A stretch of 64,000 nucleotides of DNA from Clostridiales bacterium (GCA_013619125.1 JABXKS010000002.1:11511-75510), one strand, 5' to 3'; counted from the first letter of the stretch, positions 19,727 to 31,911 are shown. Made by a program: numbers and translations. Notes: generated from the letters alone by a model not told the origin.

Positions 19727-19866
19727 GTGTCATAGTCTTTTGAGGAGAGCATGTGCATTTAATCAGTTAGGGAATGAGAAGATAGAAATATGGGAGCAAT
19801 CACTGACATTTATTGAGTTTGAGGAATTGATTCAATCAATTCGTTTATCGAGTTAAGGAGGAATTT

Positions 19867-20320
19867 ATGGGCTGGTTATTAGCAATCGGATTGATTGCAA
19901 TCGATCAACTGATTAAGATATGGGCGAGTGCTTCGCTGGCTGGAAAACCGGCAATTCAAGTAATTTCTGGTTTTTTTCAGTTGAATTATGTGGAAAATTA
20001 CGGGGCTGCTTTTGGGATTCTTCAAAATCAGAGGCTATTTTTTTTGATTCTAACCTTGCCGTTTGTGGCTGGGGTCGTTTATGTAATGAAACGTTATCAC
20101 TTCCGTAAGCCATTTATGATTTTTGTTATGGCTCTGACGGGCGGTGCCATTGGGAACCTGATTGATCGCATGTTTCGGGGCTATGTTGTCGATTATTTAG
20201 ATGTAACTTTTGGACGTTTTTACGATTTTCCGGTTTTTAACTTTGCGGATATTTGTATTGTGATTTCTACAATACTGATCGCAATATGGGTGATATTCCG
20301 AGAAAAGGAGATTTTTGCCC

Positions 20321-20331
<11 letters not shown>
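19867..20331 (+). CDS. lspA: lipoprotein signal peptidase II
   Basis: DQLIK, NYGAAFGIL, GAIGNLIDR..RGYVVDYL, FPVFNFADI. Confidence 0.97.
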
Positions 20332-21778
<1,447 letters not shown>

Positions 21779-21793
<15 letters not shown>

Positions 21794-23500
21794 TCGCAGT
21801 GCTTTAATTTTTTCTGAATCCGGGGTGATATGCATGGAGTAGTATTCGTGATAGATCACCAGGCCGGGCTTGCTGTGCGCTGGTTTCTTGATATGCTTCT
21901 TTCGTGTATAATCGATGGAAACGAGGCTCGATTCCCGGGATTTACTGTGGTAGGCAGCAATCATTGCAGCCTCTTCCATGCTTCGGTCGGGGATTTCTTC
22001 GCCGTTGGTAACCAGAACAACATGGGAGCCGGGATAGGCCGTAATGTGGAACCACCAATCCATCCGATCCGCTTTTTTGAAGGTGATTTCTTCATTTTGC
22101 AAATTGTTTTTGCCAACCAAAACGACAAATCCATCGCTGGTTCTGTAACGAAGGGGAATATGGCGGATCTTTTTTTGTTTTTTTTCAGAACGCTTTCGCA
22201 AAATTCCGTTTTCTTGCAGTTCAAATCGAATGCCCTCAATATCATCTTCCGTTTCGACGGATTCCAATGCGGTCAATACCGTTTCGAGATAGTTTTTTTC
22301 TTGTGTGGCAATCTCCATTTGTTCCTCGGTGTGGATCACGGCGGCTTTCAGCTTTTGATACCGCTTGAAGTAGTATTGCGCGTTGCGTTGTAGATTCCAT
22401 TGATCGTTTAATGGAATTTCCAAAGTGGTTTGATCTTCCGTATAATAATCCACAACAACAATAAAATCGCGGGATTCTTGCTTGGTATACAAGTTTGCCA
22501 TTAAAAGCTCGCCGTATTTTTGATAGACATCTCGCTCTTGGGCATTATCTTGTTCTGCATGCAACTTTTCAATCTTTTTTTCCAGTCCATGGACTTTTTG
22601 AGCCAGTAATTTTGATAAATCGCTGGTCTTTTGGTGGATCCGTTGCGCCTTGTCTTGCGAGTAAAAAAACTCATCGATCAACAGGCTGAAGCTTGGAAAG
22701 GGATGAGGCGCCATGGATCGATGGGTAAGGGCGAGGGCGCTGACTGTTCGTTTCAGTTTTTGCTCTTCATTTCGATCGTAAAGAAGCGGTGTCGCCGAGT
22801 CCGTCAACTCTTTTAGCAAGGCTTGATGAACCTGCAAGAAGTCTTCTGGCGTTTGAGCCTGATTGGCCGTAGCTCGCCACTCGAACTCATCCGCAAGGTC
22901 ATAGCTGGTGCCTGAGACCAATTGGAAATAGGACCGAGAGAGAGAATCGGGTCGAATCCCTTGGAAGGCTTCGGGTGTCGTCAGATTGAAAGGGGAGTCC
23001 TTTTTGTTCGGCGGCAGGGAATAGGTCAGGTTCGGCTGTAATTGTCGAACAGAACTCATCTCGCTAGACACGCGCTTTAGAACTTCCAAGATACGATTTT
23101 CATTGTCGACCAGAATACAATTGCTATGCTTTCCCATCATCTCGATGATGAGAGAGAGCTTTTCATGATCGTACAATTCTGTTTTGCGGGTGCAATTGAT
23201 TCGAATGATGCGATCAAATCCCACCTGCTCAATAGATTCGATTTGCGCGCCGCCTAAAAGCTTTCTTAGCAGCATGCAAAACATGGGCGGTTGCGCCGGA
23301 TTGGGCTTGTTGTATGTTGTCATATGAATTCGAGGAAAGGTGCCATTGATCGTGATTAAAAGCCGCTCTTTTTTGATCCCTCGAATACTGAATTGGATCT
23401 CGTCTTGTTCGGGTTGAAAGACCTTGTCGATTCGTCTGCCCGCAAGCCGATCGTGTAATTCTTTCGCTAAACGATTCACAAGGAATCCGTCATAAGCCAT
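21779..23500 (-). CDS. rqcH: ribosome quality control protein RqcH (FbpA/PavA, NFACT family)
   Basis: MAYDG, GRRIDKVFQP, PPMFCMLLRK, E.MGKHSN, VGKNNLQNEEIT, WWFH...PGSHV; RBS AAGGAG 9 nt before ATG 23500. Confidence 0.96.
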
Positions 23501-23625
23501 AGTGATCACTCCTTATCATTCAATTGTACTGGAGCGGGGAAAGAAAATATGTTAAGAAAACGTCACATTCCATAGAGTTCTGAGCGGTGACGTGATAGTA
23601 TAGTATAGGTATGGAGGTGCGACTA

Positions 23626-24504
23626 ATGAAGAGCATGACTGGATTTGGACGAGGAGAAGCGGAAAAGAATGGAATTCGAATTGTTGTGGAAATGAAGAGT
23701 GTGAACAATCGCTATTTAGATCCCAATATCAAGATGCCGCGGATGCTTAAATTCGCGGAAGAATCAGTGAAAAAAGCGATCAAAAAGCATTTGCAGCGTG
23801 GACGGATTGAAACCTATATCAATATGGATATGGATACCGATGCATTTACAAAGGTCTCTGTCGATAATGCCTTGGCGGATGCTTATTATTATGCTCTTGA
23901 TGCCTTAAAAGAGAGATTCCAGATGGAAGAAGTAACTCGATTGGATCATCTCTTGCGATTCAACGATATTATTCAGGTGGAGCAGTCGGAAGCTGAGGAA
24001 GATTTACTGCAGGAAGTATTGCTTCAGGCTACCGAAGATGCCGTAGCAAAGCTATCTGAAATGCGGGGAGTCGAAGGAGAGCATCTGCGGGTGGATATTC
24101 AAGGCTACTTGAACGAAGTCGCCCTATTGACCGAAAAGATTGCTGAATTAGCACCCCGCGTAGTGGCAGAATACAAGGTGAAGTTGGAAACGCGATTGGC
24201 GGAGCTGTTGGATCAGAAGATTGAGTTAGATCCATCAAGGATTGCCAATGAAGTTGCCTTCTTTGCGGATCGTGCGGACATCAATGAAGAGATTACACGA
24301 CTTAACAGTCATATGAAGCAGTTTGAAGATGTGATTTTTAAGGATGAGGCAATTGGTCGAAAACTTGATTTTATCCTTCAAGAGATGAATCGGGAAACCA
24401 ATACCATTGGATCAAAATCAAATGATGTTGGGATTACTGAATCGGTGATCGAGATCAAAAGCTATTTGGAGAAGGTTCGAGAGCAGGTTCAGAACATCGA
24501 ATAG
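23626..24504 (+). CDS. yloC: YicC/YloC family endoribonuclease
   Basis: MKSMTGFGRG, E.KSVNNRYLD, DINEEITRL.SH, GRKLDFILQEMNRETNTIGSK. Confidence 0.96.
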   Translation: MKSMTGFGRGEAEKNGIRIVVEMKSVNNRYLDPNIKMPRMLKFAEESVKKAIKKHLQRGRIETYINMDMDTDAFTKVSVDNALADAYYYALDALKERFQMEEVTRLDHLLRFNDIIQVEQSEAEEDLLQEVLLQATEDAVAKLSEMRGVEGEHLRVDIQGYLNEVALLTEKIAELAPRVVAEYKVKLETRLAELLDQKIELDPSRIANEVAFFADRADINEEITRLNSHMKQFEDVIFKDEAIGRKLDFILQEMNRETNTIGSKSNDVGITESVIEIKSYLEKVREQVQNIE

Positions 24505-24513
24505 GAGGGGCAC

Positions 24514-24771
24514 ATGCAATCGAAGTTTGTCAACATTGGATTTGGGAATATAGTACCTGTAAAACGGATTATCGCTATCGTCAATCCAGAATCCGCGCCG
24601 ATTAAACGGTTGATTCAAGAAGCGCGCGAGGCGAACCGATTGATTGATGCTACCTATGGTCGTCGCACACGAGCTGTGATCGTGGCAGACAGCAATCATA
24701 TCATTCTTTCAGCGGTGCAGCCGGAAACGGTCGCGCATCGATTGGAAGACCATAAGTCAGCGGACGCCTAG
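24514..24771 (+). CDS. remA: RemA (DUF370) regulatory protein
   Basis: NIGFGN.V...[41 protein letters not shown]. Confidence 0.96.
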   Translation: MQSKFVNIGFGNIVPVKRIIAIVNPESAPIKRLIQEAREANRLIDATYGRRTRAVIVADSNHIILSAVQPETVAHRLEDHKSADA

Positions 24772-24782
24772 GAGGATTTTGT

Positions 24783-25406
24783 ATGTCAAAGGGTCTATTA
24801 ATTGTGGTTTCAGGACCATCTGGAGCCGGGAAAGGTACGGTATGTTCAGCGCTTTTAGCGAAGCAGGCCGATATTCAATTATCAATTTCAGCAACGACAC
24901 GCGAACCAAGGAAGATTGAAAAGCCGGGAGTGAATTACCACTACTTCACGAAGGAAGAATTCAGGTCGCAAATTGATCAGGACGGATTTTTAGAATATGC
25001 GGAAGTATACGGAAACTACTACGGCACGCCGAAAAAGTTTGTTCTGGATGCCTTGAAAGCCGGGAATGATGTTCTGCTTGAAATTGATATTCAGGGCGCT
25101 TTGAAAGTAAAAGAGGCATACCCGGATGGTGTATTTATCTTTATTCTGCCTCCAACCCTGGAGGAATTGCAAAAGAGGATCACATCGCGGGGAACAGAAA
25201 CAGAAGAATCTCTTAAAAAACGGCTTGGCGCTGCCGTAGAAGAAATTGAGCAAGCGTTTAAGTACGAATATTGTATTGTCAACGATCAAGTTGATGAAGC
25301 GGTTGAAGAATTGGAAGCCATTTTAAAAGCGGAACGTTGTTTGATTAAAAGAAATCACGAGAAAATTCATAATTTCAGGGAGGAAGAGTTTTATGTTGAA
25401 GCCTAA
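24783..25406 (+). CDS. gmk: guanylate kinase
   Basis: SGPSGAGKGT, SISATTR.PR, EYAEVYGNYYGTP, LEIDIQGA. Confidence 0.98.
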   Translation: MSKGLLIVVSGPSGAGKGTVCSALLAKQADIQLSISATTREPRKIEKPGVNYHYFTKEEFRSQIDQDGFLEYAEVYGNYYGTPKKFVLDALKAGNDVLLEIDIQGALKVKEAYPDGVFIFILPPTLEELQKRITSRGTETEESLKKRLGAAVEEIEQAFKYEYCIVNDQVDEAVEELEAILKAERCLIKRNHEKIHNFREEEFYVEA

Positions 25407-25662
25407 TATTGACGAATTAATGGAGAAGGTTGACAGTCGTTATACCTTAGTAATGGTTGTGTCGAAGCGCGCGCGCCAATTGATTGAAAAGAATGATCGC
25501 CAGGTTCAAAGTGATTCAAACAAACCGATTTCAGTTGCTGTTGAGGAATTTTATGAGAACAAGTTGCATTACTCCGAATATGATCCCAATGCAATTGAGG
25601 AGCCGGTAGCGGTTGTCGAAGAATTGAAAACAACAATCGGTGAAGGACATGCAACCGAATAA
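25393..25662 (+). CDS. rpoZ: RNA polymerase omega subunit
   Basis: MLKPNIDELM.KVDSRYTLV.VVSKRARQL, KPISVAVEE; after gmk. Confidence 0.95.
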   Translation: MLKPNIDELMEKVDSRYTLVMVVSKRARQLIEKNDRQVQSDSNKPISVAVEEFYENKLHYSEYDPNAIEEPVAVVEELKTTIGEGHATE

Positions 25663-25674
25663 GATCGGAGGTCG

Positions 25675-26865
25675 ATGATGAAAGGAAAGAATATCGTTCT
25701 TGGCGTAACGGGAGGGATTGCGGCGTACAAGGCTGCGGATCTATGCAGCCGTTTGATAAAAGCTGGCGCACATGTTGATGTTGTGATGACAAAACATGCA
25801 ACCGCTTTTATTCAGCCCTTAACCTTTCAAACCTTATCAGGGAATCCAGTGATTATTGAACAATTTGAAACTCCGATAAAATGGGAATTGGCGCATATTT
25901 CATTGTCGCAGAAAGCGGATCTTTTTGTGATCGTTCCCGCTACGGCGAATATGATCGGAAAAATGGCAAATGGAATCGCGGATGATTTTTTAAGCACAGC
26001 ACTCCTCGCAACAACAGCACCAGTCATGGTTGCCCCAGCGATGAATACAAAGATGTTTGAACATCTTGCTGTGCAAGAAAATATGGAGACATTGCGCAGA
26101 CGAGGTGTTTTTGTGTTGGAAACAGCGGAAGGCAGACTAGCCTGCGGTGATATCGGGAAAGGTAAATTGCTGGATGTTGAAGCGATCTTGTTTGCGATGA
26201 AAAAAAGTTTGGCAAAAGCTGATTTTTCTGGACTTTCGCTGACGATTACAGCAGGACCGACAGCGGCAGCCCTTGATCCGGTGCGATTGATCACCAATCG
26301 GTCAACGGGGAAAATGGGCTTTGAACTGGCGAAGCAGGCGAGTCAACGAGGTGCCAAGGTGGATTTAATTGCAAGAACCTGTCCGAAAAGCATACAACCC
26401 TTTGTTAATTGGATGCCGATCGAGACAACGAGTGATATGGCTGAGGCGGTAGCAAATTCCCTTCAGCAGACCGATGGACTGATTATGGCAGCAGCTCCTT
26501 TGGACTATCAACCGATTCGAGTCGAAAAAGAGAAGATTAAAAAGACTAACGATGATTGGCAGCTGACCCTTGTTCGAACGGTGGATATTTTGCGTACCAC
26601 ACCGAGAAAAGAAGGGCAGGTTGTGATTGGATTTGCAGCAGAGAGTCAGAATTTGATTGAAAACGCAAAGAAAAAATGCAAGGAGAAAGCCTTGGATTTG
26701 GTGGTTGCCAATGATATTTCGAGAGCGGATATTGGATTTGGTTCGGAAGAGAACCAGGTTGTTCTGGTCGACTTGAATCGAGAGGAAGCTTTGCCTAAAA
26801 TGACGAAGTCATCGGTTGCAGATTGCATCCTTGATCGATTTTTAAGAATCAGGGAGACGAAGTAG
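25675..26865 (+). CDS. coaBC: bifunctional phosphopantothenoylcysteine decarboxylase/synthetase
   Basis: LGVTGGIAAYKA, PATANMIGK.A.GIADD, APAMNTKM, DPVRLITNRSTGKMG, GFAAES. Confidence 0.97.
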   Translation: MMKGKNIVLGVTGGIAAYKAADLCSRLIKAGAHVDVVMTKHATAFIQPLTFQTLSGNPVIIEQFETPIKWELAHISLSQKADLFVIVPATANMIGKMANGIADDFLSTALLATTAPVMVAPAMNTKMFEHLAVQENMETLRRRGVFVLETAEGRLACGDIGKGKLLDVEAILFAMKKSLAKADFSGLSLTITAGPTAAALDPVRLITNRSTGKMGFELAKQASQRGAKVDLIARTCPKSIQPFVNWMPIETTSDMAEAVANSLQQTDGLIMAAAPLDYQPIRVEKEKIKKTNDDWQLTLVRTVDILRTTPRKEGQVVIGFAAESQNLIENAKKKCKEKALDLVVANDISRADIGFGSEENQVVLVDLNREEALPKMTKSSVADCILDRFLRIRETK

Positions 26866-29168
26866 TGTTTGCCGAGGTGTTGGTTTTTCAATTGGGAATG
26901 CATCAGGCATTCACTTACTCCGTACCTGCTTCCGAGCAAGTTTACCCGGGAGAATTGGTAGCCCTTCCCTTTGGGAGAGGCAATCGAATCAAAAAGGGAC
27001 TGGTGATTCAAACAAAAGAAGATCATCAAGGAAAATATGCGCTGAAACCCATTGTTGGCCGGTTTCCGCAAGACCTCACCTTGTCTTCTGAACGGTTGTC
27101 ACTTCTATTGTGGATTCGGCAAGAATATTTTTCGCCATTTTATGAGGCGGCAAGATTGTTTTTTCCAGAATACACATTTGCATCTTATGAGTTGATTCAT
27201 CAAGAGTCTGGCAAGGTATTTCAGGAAAATGAAAATATAAAACAGTCGATGGATTCGGACCGCTTTCTATTCACCATACAAGAGAAACAAAAAAGACAGC
27301 AGTTTTCAATTCGAGACTGTGAAATTCGTTTGACTCAGCCGGCACAGGCACCATCTCGCCAGGCGCGCAAACAAAATCAGGTGTTTCAGTATTTGATGGA
27401 ACAAGGGGATTGGACATTGGTTTCAGCCTTGATTGAGACCCTTGAATTAACCAACACAAGCCTGTTGAAAACAATGAGTGAAAAAGAAATGGTCGAATTT
27501 CAAGAACCTAAAGAGACACGGATGGCGGATCAATCAATTCGAATTTTGGATTTGAGCGATGCGCAATTGGTCGTTTTTGAAGAAATTCAGGAAATAGGCA
27601 GTCAAAAACCGATTCTGCTTCACGGCGTGACGGGGAGTGGCAAGACCGAGATCTATTTTCATCTGATCGATCAAATCATCGCCAAACAACAGACCGTTTG
27701 TTATTTGATTCCTGAGATTGCTTTGACACCGCAAATGATTGACAGGATTCGGCAGAGGTTTCAAGTTTCTGTTGCGGTTTTGCATAGCCGGCTTACGGTG
27801 AAAGAAAGAAAATTGGCCTGGGATCGTGTCGCAAAAAATCAAGTTTCACTGGTGTTGGGTACACGCTCCGCCTTGTTTTCTCCGATGCAGAACTTAGGGC
27901 TGATTATCGTTGACGAGTGTCACGATCGATCGTATCATTCCCAGTCTGCCCCTCGATTCCGTGCGGATGAGGTTGCAGCACAATTGGGGAAGAGGATGGG
28001 TGCCCCTGTTATTCTGGGTTCTGCTACACCAACCTTTGAGCAATACCATTTGGCGCAATCTGAGTTCTATCACTACACTCCTTTGATGGTGCGAGCAAAG
28101 GATGCTGTTTTGCCAAGTGTGGAAGTGGTTGATCTTCGAGAAGAGTTGAAACAAGGAAACAGGAGTATGATCAGTCGGAGTCTTTATGCCGAGATGAAGG
28201 AAACCCTCGCTCGAAAGGAGCAAATCATTCTGTTTCTGAATCGAAGAGGATATTCTGGGTTTATTTCATGCCGTGCCTGTGGAGAGGCTTTGAAGTGCAG
28301 CCATTGCGATGTGTCATTGACATATCATCACGAAGACGGGTCCCTCAGGTGTCATCTTTGCGGACGGAGATTTCCAAAAATTCGAACCTGCCCAAGCTGT
28401 GGAAGCACATGGTTGAAGCCATTTTCTGCGGGCACCCAAAAATTGGAGAGGATTGTTCAAAAAACCTTTCCGGAAACGCGAATTGTACGAATGGATTATG
28501 ATACAACACGATCCAAGGAAAGTTTTCAAGACATGTATGAAACAATCAAGTCTGGGAATTGTGACATTGTGATCGGCACGCAAATGATCGCTAAGGGATG
28601 GGACTTTCCACAGGTGACATTGATTGGTGTATTGGCGGCGGATCTATCGCTGTATGGCAGTCATTACGATGCGGCAGAACGGACCTATCAATTATTGGAC
28701 CAGGTATCCGGTCGTGCAGGACGAGGCGAACACGCGGGCCATGTGGTGCTGCAGACCTATTCTCCCAATCATTATGCGGTTGAAGCGGTTGCAACGCATT
28801 CTTCGGATTGGTTTTATCAGAATGAAAAAGGCGTTAGGGAAATTTTGAGGTTTCCTCCCTTTGGTCATTTATTGACGGTCTTTGGCACCTCGCGAAGAGA
28901 CGATCGTTTGGAACACGGAATTCAAAGTGCGAGACAATTGTTTTTGCAAGGGGATCAAGAAAATTTGGAGAAGATTCAAATCGGAGAACCGATTCCATCC
29001 AGGATTTCGAAGGCGGATGGATATTTCCGCAAGGAGTTTATTATACAAATCCCGGTGAATCAAATCAAAGCATTTCGGGATCATTATTTTCAGAAGATAG
29101 AAACACCATTGATTGGACTGCGGTCCGAGGGATGTCAAATTTCGGTTTTATGGAACGAAGAGGCATAG
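26865..29168 (+). CDS. priA: primosomal protein N' (replication restart helicase)
   Basis: LLHGVTGSGKTE, IIVDECHD, two CxxC pairs of zinc fingers, GTQMIAKGWDFP, QVSGRAGR. Confidence 0.97.
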   Translation: MFAEVLVFQLGMHQAFTYSVPASEQVYPGELVALPFGRGNRIKKGLVIQTKEDHQGKYALKPIVGRFPQDLTLSSERLSLLLWIRQEYFSPFYEAARLFFPEYTFASYELIHQESGKVFQENENIKQSMDSDRFLFTIQEKQKRQQFSIRDCEIRLTQPAQAPSRQARKQNQVFQYLMEQGDWTLVSALIETLELTNTSLLKTMSEKEMVEFQEPKETRMADQSIRILDLSDAQLVVFEEIQEIGSQKPILLHGVTGSGKTEIYFHLIDQIIAKQQTVCYLIPEIALTPQMIDRIRQRFQVSVAVLHSRLTVKERKLAWDRVAKNQVSLVLGTRSALFSPMQNLGLIIVDECHDRSYHSQSAPRFRADEVAAQLGKRMGAPVILGSATPTFEQYHLAQSEFYHYTPLMVRAKDAVLPSVEVVDLREELKQGNRSMISRSLYAEMKETLARKEQIILFLNRRGYSGFISCRACGEALKCSHCDVSLTYHHEDGSLRCHLCGRRFPKIRTCPSCGSTWLKPFSAGTQKLERIVQKTFPETRIVRMDYDTTRSKESFQDMYETIKSGNCDIVIGTQMIAKGWDFPQVTLIGVLAADLSLYGSHYDAAERTYQLLDQVSGRAGRGEHAGHVVLQTYSPNHYAVEAVATHSSDWFYQNEKGVREILRFPPFGHLLTVFGTSRRDDRLEHGIQSARQLFLQGDQENLEKIQIGEPIPSRISKADGYFRKEFIIQIPVNQIKAFRDHYFQKIETPLIGLRSEGCQISVLWNEEA

Positions 29169-29183
29169 AAAGGAAGGATAAAA

Positions 29184-29648
29184 ATGGCAATACGACAAAT
29201 GCGATACGATGGAGATCCGGTTCTTCGAAAGGTAAGCCGTCCCATTGATACTGTGACGGATCGAATTCGAGTCCTGGCTAAGGATATGATTGAGACGATG
29301 CGAGCGGAGCAAGGTGTGGGCTTGGCAGCGCCGCAGATCGGTATTCTTAGAAGATTGTTCGTAGTTGAAATTGAAGAGATTGGTCTTCATATCATGGTCA
29401 ATCCTGAAATCATAGAACAGACAGGTGAACAAACCGACTATGAAGGATGTTTGTCTGTGCCCGGAAAATCCGGGAAGGTAAAGCGGCCGGATTATGTGAA
29501 AGTGAAGTATATGGATTTAGAGGGAAAAAATCAGGTTCTTGAGGCAGAAGGTTTTTTTGCTCGAGCGATCTGTCATGAGAATGACCATTTAAACGGTATT
29601 CTCTATATCGATAAGGTAGAAGAAGAGCTCTTGGAGGTTCAAGAATGA
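29184..29648 (+). CDS. def: peptide deformylase
   Basis: GVGLAAPQIG, EGCLSVP, HENDHLNG. Confidence 0.98.
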   Translation: MAIRQMRYDGDPVLRKVSRPIDTVTDRIRVLAKDMIETMRAEQGVGLAAPQIGILRRLFVVEIEEIGLHIMVNPEIIEQTGEQTDYEGCLSVPGKSGKVKRPDYVKVKYMDLEGKNQVLEAEGFFARAICHENDHLNGILYIDKVEEELLEVQE

Positions 29649-30595
29649 GAGTAGTCTTTATGGGAACTCCTGATTTCTCCGTTTCCGCCTTGGAAGCAAT
29701 CCATCAAGCTCACGAAATTGTGATGGTTGTGACGCAACCGGATCGTCCGCGAGGTCGTGGTAAAAAAGTCCACCCGTCACCGGTGAAAAAAAGAGCCATA
29801 GAATTGGGTCTTCCAGTCTATCAGCCCGATCGATTGCGCGATCCGGAAGCGATCTTAAAGGTAGTAAAAGCGGAGGCCGAGGTGATGGTCATTGTCGCCT
29901 TTGGGCAAATTTTGCCAAAAGAGATTTTGGAGGCACCGACCTATGGATGCATTAATATCCATGCCTCGCTGCTGCCAAAATATCGCGGTGCCGCACCGAT
30001 TCATCGGGCGATTCTGTCTGGTGATCCGACGACGGGCATTACCATTATGAACATGGATGTGGGACTTGATACTGGGGACATGTATCGATCGGAGTCCATC
30101 GATATTTCGGAGTCGATGACGACGGGTGAGCTGCATGACGCACTTTCTGAAATGGGAGCGCGCATGATTGTGGAAGTTTTAAGCGGATTGGCCCAAGAGG
30201 AAATTCAAGCGACGCCGCAAGAAGATTCACTGGCGACCTATGCCGCGAAGATTTCAAAAGCGGAGGCGGAGATTGATTGGAAGAAAGACGCGAAAGTGAT
30301 TCACAATCAGATCCGTGCCTTTGATCCATTTCCGGGCGCGTGGTCGAGGAATGATGAAACCAAGCTAAAAGTTTTTGCATCAGCTTGCCAGTCAGAGGAT
30401 TCAAAAGGCAAGCCAGGCGAGGTTTTATCGGTTTCCAAGAATGGAATTTTGGTTCAAACTGGAGCTGGTTCTTTGTTGATTCGAGAAATTCAAGCGCCTG
30501 GAAAGCGGCGAATGACTGTAGAAGAATTTTTACGAGGAAATACATTGGAGAAAGGTGTTGTTTTGCTATCGAAAGAAGAGATGCAAGAGGCATAG
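29645..30595 (+). CDS. fmt: methionyl-tRNA formyltransferase
   Basis: MRVVFMGTPDF, VVTQPDRPRGRG, INIHASLLPKYRGAAPI, GLDTGD. Confidence 0.98.
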   Translation: MRVVFMGTPDFSVSALEAIHQAHEIVMVVTQPDRPRGRGKKVHPSPVKKRAIELGLPVYQPDRLRDPEAILKVVKAEAEVMVIVAFGQILPKEILEAPTYGCINIHASLLPKYRGAAPIHRAILSGDPTTGITIMNMDVGLDTGDMYRSESIDISESMTTGELHDALSEMGARMIVEVLSGLAQEEIQATPQEDSLATYAAKISKAEAEIDWKKDAKVIHNQIRAFDPFPGAWSRNDETKLKVFASACQSEDSKGKPGEVLSVSKNGILVQTGAGSLLIREIQAPGKRRMTVEEFLRGNTLEKGVVLLSKEEMQEA

Positions 30596-31911
30596 CCTTT
30601 GAATTGTTGAAAACTGCGATCCGTGAGGATCGCTATCTGAATATTGAACTGAATGCGCAATTGACGGGCAAGGTGACGCCCGAGGATCAAAGAATGATTC
30701 GTGAACTGGTTCTTGGGGTTGCGGAGCGTCGTCTCTATCTGGAATCCGTTCTGGGGGATATGTTGAAGCAGCCTTTACAAAAGAATCGATTGGCAGTTCG
30801 TGTGATTTTATTGATTGGTGCGTATCAGATTCTATTTATGCCTTGGATTCCCGACCATGCCGCTGTGTATGAAACGGTCTCTTTGGCGAAGAAAAATTCG
30901 AAAACAAGTCATGCTTCCCCTATGATCAATGCGGTCTTAAGAAGAATTCTTGAGAACCGCGAGGCGCTATTGGATATTTCCGAGGCGAACTTTCAGGAAA
31001 AAGCATGTTTTTTTGGTTTCCCATTATGGATTGTGAATTTATGGCGCAAACAATACGATGAAGAGACCGCTATTTCGCTGATGGAATCCATGGGTTTGCA
31101 AAGGGGTGTGACGATTCGTGCGAATCGGTTGAAGGGGTCAGTTGCAGCCTTGGGAGAGGAATTGAAGGCTGCCGAATTTGAGGTTTCTTCCCTGACCTAC
31201 TCGCCATCCGGACTGCGCGTTGAACGTGCCAGTGAACTATCGGAGAGTGAGGCCTATCAACAGGGCCGGTTTTCTATTCAAGACGAAAGCGCCATATTGG
31301 TTGGGGACATCATTTCTCCTCCTGCGCACGCACGCATCCTAGATCTCTGTGCGGCACCGGGAGGGAAAAGTTTTCATTTGGCGGAAAAATGTCCAGATTG
31401 CGAACTTGTATCCAATGATATTTTTGAAAAGAAAGTCGAAAGAATGCAACGGGAAGCGAACCGATTGGGCATAGAGAATTGTACCTTTACTGTTCGTGAT
31501 GCAGAAAAACGTCAAGAAGACTGGATTGGAGAATTTGATTTTTGTCTGGTAGACGCCCCCTGCTCCGCATTGGGATTGATTGGGAGAAAACCTGAAATCA
31601 AATCTTTGCGAAAACCGGAGGATTTGGATGAAATTATTGAGATTCAGAGGCGCATTTTAAAGCAGGCGGCACAATATTTGAAGCCGGGTGGCACTTTGAT
31701 TTATGCGACTTGCACCTTGAATCGCAAGGAAAACGAGAAACAGGTGGCTTGGCTGTGCGAAGAAACCGATTTGTCTGTAGGCGAGATCGGCGAACCGATT
31801 CCGGCTGCTAGAATGACGCAGGAGCAAGATGCGGGCATGATCACATTGATGCCTCATTTAGATCGTACAAATGGATTTTTTATTGCTGTTTTGAGAAAGG
31901 AACCGATATGA
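30544..31911 (+). CDS. rsmB: 16S rRNA m5C967 methyltransferase RsmB (Sun); start codon uncertain
   Basis: NusB-like N-domain (ARGIAFELL...), IQDESA, LDLCAAPGGKS, DAPCSALG, GGTLIYATCTL..ENE; 5' coordinate is a provisional ATT start. Confidence 0.9.
   Translation: MGERCCFAIERRDARGIAFELLKTAIREDRYLNIELNAQLTGKVTPEDQRMIRELVLGVAERRLYLESVLGDMLKQPLQKNRLAVRVILLIGAYQILFMPWIPDHAAVYETVSLAKKNSKTSHASPMINAVLRRILENREALLDISEANFQEKACFFGFPLWIVNLWRKQYDEETAISLMESMGLQRGVTIRANRLKGSVAALGEELKAAEFEVSSLTYSPSGLRVERASELSESEAYQQGRFSIQDESAILVGDIISPPAHARILDLCAAPGGKSFHLAEKCPDCELVSNDIFEKKVERMQREANRLGIENCTFTVRDAEKRQEDWIGEFDFCLVDAPCSALGLIGRKPEIKSLRKPEDLDEIIEIQRRILKQAAQYLKPGGTLIYATCTLNRKENEKQVAWLCEETDLSVGEIGEPIPAARMTQEQDAGMITLMPHLDRTNGFFIAVLRKEPI

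Noticed and set aside
19730-19760. Possible PyrR-binding loop (AGTCTTTTGAGG) upstream of lspA-rluD-pyrR
   Set aside because: Poor match to ARUCCnGnGAGGYU and no terminator/antiterminator downstream.
21830-22393. 187-aa + strand ORF opposite rqcH
   Set aside because: Antisense shadow of a well-supported gene; no RBS and no recognisable motif.
23571-23602. CGTCAC-n20-GTGACG inverted repeat in the rqcH/yloC divergent promoter region
   Set aside because: 6-bp arms with a long spacer arise easily by chance, and there is no cognate regulator nearby.
30045-30593. 182-aa - strand ORF opposite fmt, and the many other 60-170 aa overlapping ORFs in the track
   Set aside because: All lie inside recognised genes in another frame or strand and show no family motifs; this is expected background.
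30520-30595. Programmed -1 frameshift making an Fmt-RsmB fusion
   Set aside because: The frames are compatible, but no X XXY YYZ slippery heptamer or stimulatory structure is visible; the start-codon problem is kept as a separate finding.
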